Assembly: GCF_018350175.1 (NCBI RefSeq)
Contig: NC_058368.1
Location: 47,184,001-47,248,000 of the forward strand
Length of the DNA stretch: 64,000 nucleotides
From: Felis catus
Lineage: Eukaryota
Direction: 5' to 3'
Part shown: piece after piece, positions 1 to 13,037 of the stretch
Numbering within the stretch: position 1 is the stretch's first letter
How the letters are laid out: each line of letters begins with the position of its first letter
The notes under the pieces: generated by a model
What the model saw: the letters and a program-made list of their open reading frames with translations, nothing else
Told to the model about the DNA's origin: nothing
The model's database searches: none
Translations under genes and position numbers: made by a program

Positions 1-504
1 CTCAGCCACCCTCCCCCCTCACTCTACTCTCCCTCAGCTCCTGCCTGTTGTCCTTTGAGACCACAACTCAACTGTGGGTCCCCTGTCTTTTATCTGATCT
101 CACTTGTCACATTTTGTCCCTTCAAGAACTTGACTCCTTTAAGTCACCATATCTTCCAATGGCTTCTGTCATGAAGACCATCTTCTCTCAATATCTGGCA
201 GCTCAGAGTAGGGCCATGGGGGGACAAATGGGGGTTGCTTTCTCTTTTATTAAGGACACTTCCACAACTATATCATGGAGCTAGATACCTTTTTTTCATA
301 GTTTTAATGATTTAAATTCAGTTTGTCTACCTCAAATTCTTCAAACCATACTCATTGTTGGTTACCTCTTCACCCATAGCTCATATCACCAGATTTATTT
401 CTTCTGTCTTCCTTGGCCTCTGATTCACATTCTTCCTCTCCACTCCACCATCTAGTTTTATACTTAACAGATCACCATTCTTACTGATCACCCTTCAAAC
501 TCCT

Positions 505-842
505 TGACATTATTCAGCCTTATTCTCCTAAACGTTTTGAAACCCCTGAGCGCCAGATGCTGTGCCGAACACTGGAGATATAGTGATGAGCAAGGAAAAC
601 ATGGCCCCTGCCCATACGGAGCTCCACAGTCTAGTAGAGACAACAGAAATGTAAACACATGTACACACGCAATAGCAGTTTTCCTACGTGTTGTTAAGAG
701 ATATCACAGAGTACTGCAAAAGCATGTAAGAGAAAGATCTAAAACTTACTCTTCTAGGAAGGCTTCTCTGAGATATGACCTGAGATGAGTAGAGGAGAGC
801 CAGATGGAAAGGTAGAAGAGCATTCTGAGCAGAGACCAGCAC
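505..842 (-). mobile_element. Old L2 LINE 3' fragment
   Basis: Degenerate match to reversed L2 3' end (gatgctgtgccgaacactggagatatagtgatgagcaagg...catggcccctgccc...cagtctagt); boundaries approximate. Confidence 0.6.
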
Positions 843-1310
843 AGTCTATCCCAATTTTCCTGATGTCTTACCATCCTCTTACGACTACTCTGGACTTTCT
901 TCATCCTCGGATCCACAGTTAGGTGTTCTAATGTGGCTTCTTGAGCAAGCTAGATGCCTTTACCTTTTCTAAACCCACCCAGTTATTCTCAGTTGTAAAT
1001 TCTAGAGCACCTCCACAATTCACTCTCTTGCCTCTAGCTCTTAGAGAAGCTAACGGTATGAGATCATTTTTGTAGGTCACAGGCTGATAAATATCAGAAA
1101 TTTCATATGGTTTAAACTAATACGTTACCAAATAAACCTACTTGGCAACCGACAGTCATTGTAACCACTTCTAGCTAGTGTATTTCCCTTTAAATGTTTA
1201 TGGAAGCCATGCACTGAATGGCTAGTCTCCTTGGTCATTAAGACTTCCAGGGGAAAAGCTTTTATAATCAAAATAGTCACCCAACCCATTATTTCATGAC
1301 AAATAAACTC

Positions 1311-1522
1311 TTTTTTTTTAAGCTTATTTATTTATTTTGAGAGAGACAGAGAGTGCACACAAGTGGGGGTGGAGAAGAGAGAAGGAGAAACAGAATCCCA
1401 AGCAGTTTCCCCACCATCAGCACACAGCCCGATATAGGGCTTGAACTCACAAACTGTGAGATCATGACCTGAGCCTAGATCAAGAGTCAGATACTTAACC
1501 AACTGCACCACCCAGGCGCCCC
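1311..1522 (-). mobile_element. Can-SINE (SINEC_Fc type)
   Basis: Reverse complement of GGGGCGCCTGGGTGG head ending at 1522, (GA)n and T-tail; TSD aataaa(c/t)tcttttt on both sides. Confidence 0.95.
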
Positions 1523-1744
1523 AATAAATTCTTTTTTTTAATCTAACCTATTCCTCTCTATTGCTCCTCAAAAAATGATATACCAAGAAGGTGTTTTGTT
1601 CTCTTCTGTGGACTAGCCCTGTAGATACTGATGAACTGTTATTTAGTTATTTTTTCTCTGTCATTCTTTTCAAAACAGCTACTCGAGAAGACTCCACTAG
1701 TACTATTTTTGTGGCTTCTGCACAAAATGAGCAAAGAAGTATAT

Positions 1745-1950
1745 AAGGTAATAAGATTTACATAAGGTTTTCACGTACTTTATCACATTTGAGGCACAAT
1801 TCTATAAACTATGTAAGGCAGGTAATGTTCCCATGTTATAGTTGGGAAAACTGACTTTCAGAGATTTAGGTGACTGTGATATAGGCAATTAGCAAGTGGT
1901 AAAGTCACATTAGTGCTCATTTCTTCTGATTTTAATTCTGTGGTCTTCCC
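1745..1950 (-). mobile_element. MIR SINE remnant
   Basis: MIR core reversed: aggcaggtaatgttcccatgttatagttgggaaaactgactttcagagatttaggtgact. Confidence 0.65.
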
Positions 1951-4900
1951 ATGCCACTTCACCTCCTTTTTGTCTCTCTTGCAGGAGGGATGAGAGGGAC
2001 CGGTGAAAAGAGTCAAGACACCTTATGAAAGCAAATTCTTTGGTTTGCTTGGGTAGGATAGGTAGACAGGGAAACCAGGACTTCTCAGAGCCCAGAAGCG
2101 TTTATACCTGTTCTCTGTTCCCAACCTCCAGCCTTTCTAACATCATTGCCCTTGCCCTAGCTCCCTACTCCACTCGTCAACCTCGTATTGCTCTCCATAT
2201 TCTCTAATGACTTCTTAATTCTCGAAGGAGTGAGTGGAAGGGAGGAATTCGGAAATAATGCTGAGTCAAGGCTCATCCCCCCAATAGTGAGGCAAATACC
2301 TGCAGAAAGAACAAGCTAAAGGGATGGTGAAGAGCACAGTGTAACAGCCAATGACCCAACACACGACTTGTTCTCGGCCAGTTTACGCCCCTTCGCCTTG
2401 CTCTGTTCCTCCAGAGTCCCGGAGATTTAAAAATCTCTCTTGCACACATCTTGCATTCAAAATTTTCAGAGCCTTCTAAAACAAACAGCTCTACGGCCCC
2501 ATAAGGGTAGTCCCATGTAAAGATAAAGACTTGCAGTCTTTTCAGACATTATGAATTGGGGACCCTTATTATAGATCCTACAGCTGTGATCTTTGTTCTA
2601 CATTTTCAGAGGCCTGGGACATGCTGTAGGCTTGAGAAAAGGAAATGAGTAAGTACTTAACTAAATCACTATTAGGTGCCAGGCCCTGTGCTAGGAATTT
2701 TACATAGAGCTACACTCTCCGGAAAGTAAAAATAGGGAAGTGGAGGAGGAAGAAGTGAGGGAGGAAGAGAAGAGGAAAAGGTGGTGCTAGTGACAGTGTT
2801 ATTTGTTTCATTAGGGGAAGAAGAAGGGAAAGGTTTGTTTTATTTTTAGCCTGTGCAAATACTGTGTAGGGATGTGTTTTTCTGAAGACCCATATAGTGA
2901 CCAGGTGGAATATGGGACAAATCGGGACAGCTCTCTGAGCTGGAGAAAATACCTGTAATTTGCCACCTCCCTTCACCCTCTTATTCCACCCTTCCTCCCC
3001 TCCCTCCCCTAAGATGAAATGATCTGGGACAAACTAATTGAGAAAACTAGTAGTGCATGCCTTCGGGAGGTTTTATTAATGGAACCAGACACACTGCTAT
3101 AACAGAATGTACGACTGCTCTTTTACATTGATCTAATTAGAACATTTACATACTGAATGCCTCCTGGACAATTCCCTACCAATGACACTTAGTGTGCACT
3201 GGGCAAGACTACTCTTTAGGTGAAATTGAACAAAGAAGTCATCAAGTCTCCTTTTTCTCTAAGAAAAATAACATTGTCAAGGTTATTAACAGTCAATCAA
3301 CTGTCACATGCTCGACATAGATGGGGATATGGGTTTCCTTGTACTTACGAAAGACGGGGGAAACAAAACTTCGTCACCCCCATAAGGAAGACACCCTTGG
3401 AACAGAAGCTCTATGATTTTGAACAAAGAATGAGAGTAGGAAGAGGGTCATGTTATGCAGGTTAACTGAGAATAAAATGTAAAAACATTAGATGATTTCA
3501 GTAATTAGGATATGCTTAATATTTCATGATTGTGTGGTATTTTATGACTTAAGTATTTTCACAGGGTTTAGCTCTTTTTATAACCCACACCATGCCTGTG
3601 AAATCAGTGATTACTTTAGAGGAGATGTGGCCAAAGTCACCCAGGGTGTTAAAGATGGAGTAGGGCTGGAAACACAGGACATCCAACATTCTTGTTCAAA
3701 CTCTAATACATCTGTGTGGAAAGGGATACTTTGCATGTTCTGTTTCTCCACCATTTCCTACACACTCCTCCCAGTAATCCTGCCCCCCCCCCCTGCCGCT
3801 CCAAAAACACATGTTTTTGCTGTTCTTTATTGCCTGAACTTCCATGAAGTGGAAGATGGAATCTCTGTGTAGAATCAGTACATCATAGATATTCAGAACA
3901 CATTGGTTAATGATTTAAGATTGGGGTTATCTGAAAAGGGACCTGAAAAAGCATAGGTATTTTCAGAATTCCCATCTTAAAGGGAAATTAAATCAAATGC
4001 AGCTATTTAGATGATATCCTTAAAGGGAGCTTCTTCTATGCCTTAGTTTTAGACAAAGTTTCAAGGTTCTATAAAGTTCAGAAATGTGATGATGAGTAAA
4101 AATAGAAACCTGCATAAATCAGTATATGCAATGCTAAAAAGGGAAAATAATTATACATTTCTTTGCCTTCTCTCTCCATTCTACTTCATTCTCTTCTTTA
4201 TTCCTCATCTCTACTCACAAAAGAGAGGAAACCAACCCACTTAAAATGCGACTGAGTCAAAATTCTTCATAAAATGATTGAAGCACCACCTTGCATCCCG
4301 AAACTAAAGAAACAGCAGGCATCTTGTGTTAAGCAAAAGAAACAGCTCACAAGTCAAAAGAGAGATCACTACAAAGATATTTCTCTAGTCAAAGGGCATT
4401 AGTATGCAAAATATATTAAGTACTGGAATCACATTAAAGAGATGGGAGACCTAATCCAAACAAGGCTCTTTATATTGTTGACCAACAGCTGACCGAACAT
4501 TGTTTCTGACAATGATGAGGTTTTTATGGATAGTCAATGTTCACAATGGTGAAGAAACAGATCGTTCAGACGCATGCCAGACATTTACAGAGAAGTCATT
4601 CATCCCAGATGCTCTTATTTTCAGATTGGAATTTTCCACCAGTGGCTCAATAATTATGCTGTTGCATATACTCTGCGAGCTAGACATATGTGTTCCTTTA
4701 TAGGACCTGGAGGCCTTGTCTGGGCAGCACATTCAGTTGGCCCCCAGCCTAACGACCTAGTTGTAGAGACTCCATCCCACTGGTCTCTCCAGCTTTGTTC
4801 CGGCTCAAGGAAGGGCAGTTCCTCCCAGTTTCAACCCACAGAGAACCAGCAACTTTTGAGATGATTAAATTTTCTGCCCCATTACATATGTTTATCACAT

Positions 4901-5894
4901 TACAATTCAAATATGCAAGGAAAACATGGCTCCTGTATAACTGATTTGATTTTCCTCATAAAGGCTCCAACCAATCAAGAAATGGAGGGAAAATTAAATT
5001 TAGTCCAATCTGGATTAAAATGAAGCTTAAACCAATAATTGGAAGTCTCTCCATTCGTGTAAATCAGTCTTTGGAAGACGTTCAGTCATTGTTGCCTGCT
5101 TCCCTTGCTACATTCCAAAACAGTGTCTTGGTGTATGGTGAGAGACATAAAACTGGAAGGTGTTGGGATTAATGGGATCCTTTGGCCTTACACTGGCTCT
5201 TGAACATGGATTGTCTATCTGGCATCTTCTGTGGAATGGTTGGCTCTTTCCCACATACCGGCGCTCATTTATACTCCACAGCTAATAACTGCAGATCATG
5301 AACTAGTGGTTCACTCTTTCTTCGCTCAGTCATCACCTAGTGGCCCATCTTATGGACTTGACCTCTGCTCAACTCCTCCACTCTTGCTGATGCTGCAGAC
5401 AACTCCCACTCCCTGAGTCTCTGTCACATCCTCGCTCCAATTCCTAGCCTCCAGGGTCCCTCTCAGTCCCTTGGATGTCAAGCTCCAGGGTTGCCCACTG
5501 CCTCTCATCTCCTCATTCATACCATATTGTAACCAATGGAAGTTCAGGGGTGCAAACTAAGCCCTCTTTCTGCCTGAGCCTTCTGCTCTTCTACCTTATG
5601 ATACATGGGCTGCCCCATATGAGTGAACAGGCTCTTTGCACTCTTTATAGCCCCCACCCACCCACCCACACACACACACGCCTATCAAAAGCAAAAAAAA
5701 ACCAGTGGAACGAAAGTCCTTCTACTCTTTGTTTGCATCTTAGCCTGGTTAATTTACCTCCTCTCTGTTCATATCTTTGAGGCCATAAAGAGAGAATGTT
5801 GGAACACATTTCCGGTAACTTTCCTCCCCTAGACCTTTCCTCATCTCCCCACCAAATCCTCAGATCTGAGATTAGGGGAGTTGGGGGAGAGAGG

Positions 5895-5944
5895 AGGAAT
5901 TCACCTTGTAAGGAATTCACCTTGTAAGGAATTCATCCTTACAA
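5895..5944. repeat. 16-bp tandem repeat (AGGAATTCACCTTGTA x2.5) ending in a 9-bp inverted repeat
   Basis: Units at 5895-5910, 5911-5926 and partial 5927-5935; TTGTAAGGA (5922-5930) pairs with TCCTTACAA (5936-5944). Confidence 0.9.
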
Positions 5945-6868
5945 AAATCATAGCCTCTTTCCCTCTTAACCTGGACCCACTCCTGATAGAAGGAAATTTG
6001 TCTGTTGTTAAGGGCATATAAATCAAGAAACTTATGAAACATTATCCTTCTTACACAGAGTTAACAGAAATCTCAGAGGCAGAAAAGAAAGAGGGTAAAT
6101 TCTTTCAGAGCCCAGCATTTGACCAGAGGTGGATTTCCGAATAAGTAGCAAAATGCTATATACCATTTGTTTTGTCTCAGAACCTTACTAAACTGCCACC
6201 TTTTACAGTCTTGTCCTAAGGCTTATTAAGGAAGACTACAATGGCACTTTTGTCTCCTCTTCTAACAATCTGTACCCCTCTGCTATGAGCAATTTCTAGA
6301 TAACAGACCCTGCACGGGCTGACAGAATACCCTATCCTGTTTTCATAACCTGTTTATTCTAGAAATTGTTTTCATAGTTTCAAGGACAAAGTGAATACAT
6401 TTCTTTTTTATGGTTCCCTTTGGTCTCTGGTGTTTGATTTGTTTGTTGTCCTGTGTTTGACTTGGATGGTCCAAGACCTTCATAACTGTTGGGTGAGGGG
6501 GGAGGCTGTACAAATTCATTTTTATGGTTACTAATAATACCACTCTTTCCGAAAGAAGAGATTATCTTAAGTATTTGGCCAACTGGAATAAAACTCCGTA
6601 TCACTGAGGTAAGTGAGGAAAACCCCAAAGGTTAAGTAGACTAATCAATCTTACATGCTTTCATTGAATACATTTCCTCTTTTCTTATCTTTTCCATCTT
6701 TTCCCCTAAACAAAAGCAGAATTTTTAAAAGCAGTTTTATTTTTACAAGAAGGAATAATCTCTTCTCAGTGTTCCACTTTAGGGTCCAGCAGCCAGAATC
6801 AAACTATCCTTGTCTCTTAAGGAAAAAGCCTATCCTCCTCCAAGCTGCACTAGGAAAAGAGAGCAGCA

Positions 6869-7030
6869 GGGGCTCCTGGGTGGCTCAGTCGGTTAAGTGT
6901 CCAACTTGCCAGGTCATGGTCTCGCTGTTCGTGGGTTCAAGCCCCGTGTTGGGCTCTGTGCTGACAGCTCAGAGCCTGGAGCCTGCTTTGGATTCTGTGT
7001 CTCCCTCTCTCTGCCCCTTGCCAGTCCACA

Positions 7031-7084
<54 letters not shown>

Positions 7085-7113
7085 AGTAAATAAACATTAA
7101 AAGAAAAAAATTT
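6869..7113 (+). mobile_element. Can-SINE (SINEC_Fc type) with long (CT)n
   Basis: ggggctcctgggtggctcagtcggttaag head, (CT)n at ~7037-7081, A-rich tail, degenerate TSD aaga(g/c)agcag(c/t)ag. Confidence 0.95.
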
Positions 7114-10100
7114 AAGACAGCAGTAGTTGCTGTACGACTTCCACAAACTGTTTTCACCAGCACCCATCTTTTGCTCCCACGTGACTTTTTAACAGATATA
7201 TCATTGAAATAAAGGACATGATCCCCATGCCCTGCCTCCTCACTGAGTTTGCAGTTATGTTTGGCATCCTCTTGGGATTTTTATGGTTGTGTTGTTCCTG
7301 CGTTCTTCTGATAGACATAAATAGCCAAACAAACAAAAACTTCCTGGCCCTCAGAAGCTATTTGATACAACTTACACTGATGAAGGTAACATGTGGGCAA
7401 AGTTAACACGTGGGCAAAGTTCTTGTCTGCAAATCCACAGAGCTTGACTGATTTAATTGAGTAAAATAGGCTGTGGTACATCTCAAGATTGCCCCCAGAT
7501 CCAGAAGTTAGTATAGCATATCTGAGAACTTCAAGCCAGCATCTCCGAATCTCCGTTATGTGGTATGCAAGGTTTTCCTGACAAAGATCTAGCCCTGTTG
7601 GCTAACCCAATGTGTTTGAGATGCCACCTAGCTATTTGTTGTGCTTTTTCAGTGTTGATCTATCAAAAATCACAGTCTTCCATACCCTACTCTATATAAA
7701 AGACTTGTGAGAGGATTTACTTGTGTGACCCAAAGAAATGTTTGCCTTTCATGTTCCAAATCATATGCATAAGCAATGTACTCTCAAGTGTGAATTCCTC
7801 AGTTCCCTAAACAGCAAAACTTATGGATTGTGAGAATCTAGCATATATTTAACATATTCAATTTTGCAAGTTAGAGCACACAGATTTTCCCCCAAATAAA
7901 TACTTAGATAATGCTAAGAATTCGGTGAGGGTGTGATTTAAAGCATCGTTAAGGATTTCAGAATTAAACCTTATATTCTCAGTAGCTTTCATGTAATTCC
8001 AGTCCAAATTTCATCCAACCATAAAAAATCATTTTGAACTAATATGATAGGAAATTAGATGAGCCATAATGTCTAGGCAAAATCAGCTAAGTTTAAAATG
8101 TAATGGCATATATAAATGTATATATTATAAATATAAATGAAACAGATCACAGGGTAGTCAAAAAATGACAGCTGCTTTAATTCGTAGGAGTTTAGACTTC
8201 CAGCCCCTCTGGAAATTACGAAATGAGGAATAACAAAAAAAACTACCCCCCATTATTATCCAAGCACAAGTGGTATAAGATCATTTATCTTGATGTATGT
8301 CACCTTAGAGCACATATTATCCCTATCTCTCAAAGTGTTTTTTCCCCCTTATTTCATCTCTGACATTCATTGTAAATTTAATGATCCACATACGATTTGC
8401 TGGTGTCTCAGTCTGGTGTTTTGAATCATGAAACTAGTGCTAAATTTATGGCACTGCAGTACCACTTAGTGAATCATTAAGCAGTACAGTGATTTTAATG
8501 ATTTGGATCATACTGGACCTCATCACTATATAATGAGGTTCCATTTAGTGTAAATTTTATGTAAAAATTCAATTTGCAAACCAACAACATGAAACTACAA
8601 CATTTTTTCTAACTTGACATTGTATTTATTTATCATATATTTCTACTACGGTCTACTTTTAAGTTCATTAACGGGATAATACTTTAGTCCATTTTCTTTT
8701 CATTAGCATAATATTTAAATGACCCCAAGAATGTAAGTGACCAGCAACACCTTAAACCACCTTAAACTCTTTCAGTGTCAAGTTTGCTCGACTCAAAGAT
8801 CTCATAAATAATTGCAAACTTTTATATGGCTTTATGATCTTTGATGCTATACATTCATCTCACCATTCATAAACTAAATTGCTTTATCACCTATCTTTCA
8901 TTACCACGACTGATTATTAATGCAGAAAAGAAACAATGGCTACAGCATGCCTCTCTCATCTCTTTCATTTGATAAAAGTCCTCGGCCTTCAACAATTATG
9001 CTTTTTCTCCCAAGGAAATAAAATTTAACATTCTAAATGTAGTTGAATTAAAATTTCAACTACAGTTCATCTATGCCATATCAAACCGTGAGTCAGAACT
9101 TTGCCTTAAAATAACATTTTGGCTTCAAAAAGATACATTGGTTAGCAATAGGGATGGCAATAAACCCTACAGCTGAAATTCACTTAGTGCTAGGTTTTTA
9201 ATTAGCAGAAAAGGAAACTGAGGCTAAGAGAGGTTACAGTTATGAGGCCAGGGTTATGCAGCTCTTATGCAGTATCGAGAAACAAATGCAAGTTCCTGGG
9301 CTCCAACTGCTCTCCCCCTCCATTCACTCTAAAATGGAAGGGTAACAAAATAGCATAGTCGTATTATATCTGCAAAATACATTTCTGACTTTATGTTTTA
9401 GATTTCAGTTCCTTCTGCATCATTGATAAGCGTGTCTTTGTAGTGACCTGCTTCACCCTGTATTAAATTATGGTTTTAAAAACCTAGTTCTAACAAGCAT
9501 AGTAACAATACTAAGTTCATAAGGTACACTAAAACTGAATTTTTTACAGTCTGCATGGGTAGTAAAGTATAATTTTTAAAAGTAGTTCCTTGACCTTAGC
9601 AAATGTTATTCAGAGGGCTATACCCATGGATGATGTAGAATTTATTTCCGACTCATCCTGAATAATGCATGTTTTAGGGGGAAAAAAAACTGAGAAGGGT
9701 TGAAGAGAAATCAAGTACCTAATTTAAATAGACTCAGGTTTTCAATAGAAGCAATAAGCTACGTGGTCTTTAAAGTCACAAAGAAGTATGGGGTCCAGTC
9801 TGTCTAAATTCACACTTAGACCTCAATCCACTGAGGACCAAAATAGATCAAATGAAACAGCCACTTCAAGACTTATTTCTGTGCATCAGAAAGCACAGTA
9901 TGTCTCGTTCCTATATTTGTGTTGAAAGGTTTAGGGTGGATAAGAGAGGTTTTAAAACTCCTTCTTCTCAGGTAAAAGAGGTCACAAAGTAACTGGAGAC
10001 ACTGACTATTGAAAGGTCTCTGATGAGCAGTGCTCACCTGGGCCAGGAGTTGTCACATGCCCCGGGGACCCTGGCAGCTTAGGGCATTTTAATCATCTTG

Positions 10101-11504
10101 GTTCAGGCTCTGTTGTTGTTTTTTACCTCGTTTGGTCTTCAGCTGCCATCTCCTCTGAAAGGGTTCATACTAGAGCATGAGAACAAGTGCGAATTAGAAG
10201 GTAGAAGAAAGGGGCTCATCAAGCAGAACATGGCAGGCCAGCCTAATCTCTATTTGTCCTGACTTCTTCCCATTGCTTCTTCCTACTTCTAACGACTCAA
10301 ATGCCTAAATTTTACATGAACTTCATTAAGTTTCTCAGAATTACTAATAATCTCAAAAATAAAGGCATTTACTCTTTTGCTTCATTCCTGTGTAGTCGAG
10401 ACACTTGATTCAGATTTACCACAATGTCATCAAGGCACAGAAGCCCTCAAAGCTGTACAGTCTCAGTGTCGTCACTCAAAGATCCTAACTTACATGGGAA
10501 GATGTTAGTCAAACCCATATTTAGACGTACTAAAATGTGGGAAAGTATAATTGGAAATAACGCTTCAAAGGAGATTAGGTTCCGATTGTGGCAACGAAAC
10601 AATGCCCTAAAGAAAAAACTGTAGACTTATTTTATGAAAAACATTGAGAAAGTCTGGAAGGGATTTGGATTTAGGCAATGCAGGCATCGCCCTATGGGAA
10701 TGTCTTTTTCTATCCCACTTCCATAGCATCTTTTTTTTTTTTTTTTGTATCACTTGGTCTGTGCAGCTCCAGTCTTGGTGCCATATTAGATAAGTGCTTA
10801 TATTGGTGCTTATATTAGATAAGACTTTCAAAAACACTTTCCTTTGTTTTACTCCAGGGTCTTCTTCATCACCCACATGGATCCCAGCAAACTTCAGCAA
10901 GCAGAGTCATTGTGAGAGGTGTTTTCTGGTCTTCAAGACTCTTGGCCGCTCTTTGCTATTGTCTCAACCTGAATGTTCTCCAGTTGGGAGAGGGAAGGAT
11001 TCATGCTTGGCTGCCAGAGCACAGGAATTCTTACAGAACCTGGAACCCTAGCAGAAGCTCAACCCTTGGACTGCACCATGAACCTTCCCACCAAATCCTG
11101 TGCCTCAGAGAAGTCCCTAAGAGTACAATACATTCCTTCTTGGTCTTGAGGACCCACTCCCTAATTCAGATGCACCCACTTTCATCCCTCTTTCTCCAAG
11201 CATTTTTCTCTCCCCTTGTCCCCTCTGTAAAGTCTGCTATAATGCTCTCTAAGAGCAGTAGTAAATATGATGTCGGAGAAGCAGTTTAGCAGTATCTTCA
11301 AGCAAATTCCATTTTTTTTGCTCTGCAAAACAACAGCCTTAAGATAAGGGAACAGAAGTTCTGGTTAATTTCTTTACATAAAAGAGAGGGCAAAATAAAT
11401 TAAAATTTAATTTCTTACTGAATTATTTTCCTGCCAAACAGATCAATCATAACAGGATTGACTGAGTATTTACTGTGAACAGAGATCTGTCCTCATTTCT
11501 AATA

Positions 11505-11700
11505 ACAAGCATTTATTGAGCATCTAACCTATGAGGAACTAGATGCAGTTACCACAGTTCCTGTCACTGGGGCATTCGCAGTCCAATGGGGGTGGTGGTG
11601 GTGGCAGTATTTATAATAGGAGGGGTTTCTAAAACAGAGACAGATGGATAATCTATCATACCTTAATTAGCATAGGGTTATGTCCATAAAGTGCTAAGAA
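11505..11700 (-). mobile_element. Old L2 3' fragment
   Basis: aacaagcatttattgagcatcta...gttcctgtcactggggcattcgcagtccaatgggg resembles reversed L2 terminus. Confidence 0.5.
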
Positions 11701-13037
11701 ATCACCATGGGTGATTAAGTGACCAGTGCAAGAGTCTCAGTTATGTTAATTATGTTAACAGTATTTTGTACTTTTATCCTAGTTCACTGAATGCCATCCA
11801 CAGCCAACTGACTACTGCCTTGGGAAGTAGGCAGCAAAAATTATATTCACAATGCTATAGATGGAAAATTAGCACAGAGGAAAGAAATGGCTGGGTCAGG
11901 CCCTCCAATTCAGTTGCAAATGTTAAATCTCAACTCTTAATTTATTAAGTTCTACTCTGCTCATGGAAATGCTTAAACCTGAAAAAAAGAACTTCAGTCC
12001 ATTATCACTAGACTCATTGACATCTCAGTGTGATGTCTCTTCTCTACTGGCCAGTTCATTCAGGTTTAAACAAATGTGAAAAATAAAGACCTATGTCCAG
12101 TGATACAAACTAGAAAACTTCTCAATTTATAACCATATCAAAAAGTTAGTAAACTGCACCACTTTTAATGCCTGTTAAAAGTTCCTTAATAAACTTAAAA
12201 CAGTAATTTAACTGTATTTTAGTGATCAGAAGAGTATTTGACTTCATATATTTTAGACTTGTAATTATGTCCCAATGGGTTGGCCTTTAATGCTTTTGGT
12301 GAGATGAGGATCAAGAGAAATGAAACGATATTTAAATGTCACTAATTAGACTACTATGTTACAAACCATTAAGATGCATAGTGAAACCTTAGCATTGTAT
12401 GATCCTCTCTTTTTTACCCACTAATGCCAGTTTTTAAGAAAGTTTCCCTTCCACCTCTCTGTCCTCCTCTAAAAATCCTAAGCTTGAAAAGTTCTATTAA
12501 AAGTACATAAACTTAGGTTTGACAAGACTTCCTGTAATTGCATAACACTAAGACTTCCATATTCAGGAGTCTTGTGTTCACCGTTTTCACTTGTTTGTAT
12601 AGCATTTATTGTAGTCATTTCCTAAACTCAAGGAGTTAAATTCTAGTTATTCTGGTTTTAGGACCAGGCTCTAATTTGACTCCAGTCCCTAGCATGAAGC
12701 AAGTTTCACTGGTAAAGTTCCTTAAACTATAATGCTAGAACTCTTTTGAGAAAAGTGTGTGTTCCAGGTAAGCCAACATGTGTAAGTACTGATGAAACTA
12801 GTATTTTACAGCAAAGACAATATATGATATTTACAGTCTAAACAATTCATTGCAGTGTACTTTTTTTTTTTTTTTGACAGAGAGCGTGAGAGAGAGAAAG
12901 AATGTGAGCAGTGGGAGGCAGAGCGAGAAGGAGGGACAGAATCCCAACTAAGCTCTAAGCTCAGCGTGGAGCCCAACGCAGGGCTCCATCTCACGACTGT
13001 GAGATCATGACGAGCAGAAGTCAAGAGTTTGATGCTT

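Noticed and set aside
4500..4864. Three overlapping ORFs of 63-96 aa
   Set aside because: No recognisable protein and no convincing splice boundaries
5895..5944. CRISPR-like direct repeats
   Set aside because: Head-to-tail repeats with no spacers in mammalian DNA
6869..6960. tRNA-like A/B boxes (TGGCTCAGTCGG...GGTTCAAGCCC)
   Set aside because: tRNA-derived SINE heads followed by (CT)n and A-tail; not tRNA genes
6655..7167. ORFs with GAWVAQSV / SSPASGSVLTAQSLEP motifs here and at 24698, 52339, 53919, 54459, 58266, 59250 and 63617
   Set aside because: Translations of Can-SINE sequence, not a gene family
8440..8560. H/ACA snoRNA interpretation of the twin hairpins
   Set aside because: Stems are too short, with no properly placed ACA box or pseudouridylation pockets
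9955..9980. AG|GT recursive-splice-like sites (9971/9972; also 27746, 62074, 62624)
   Set aside because: Donor halves (GTAAAA, GTATAG, GTATCC, GTGGGA) are weak and such matches are common by chance
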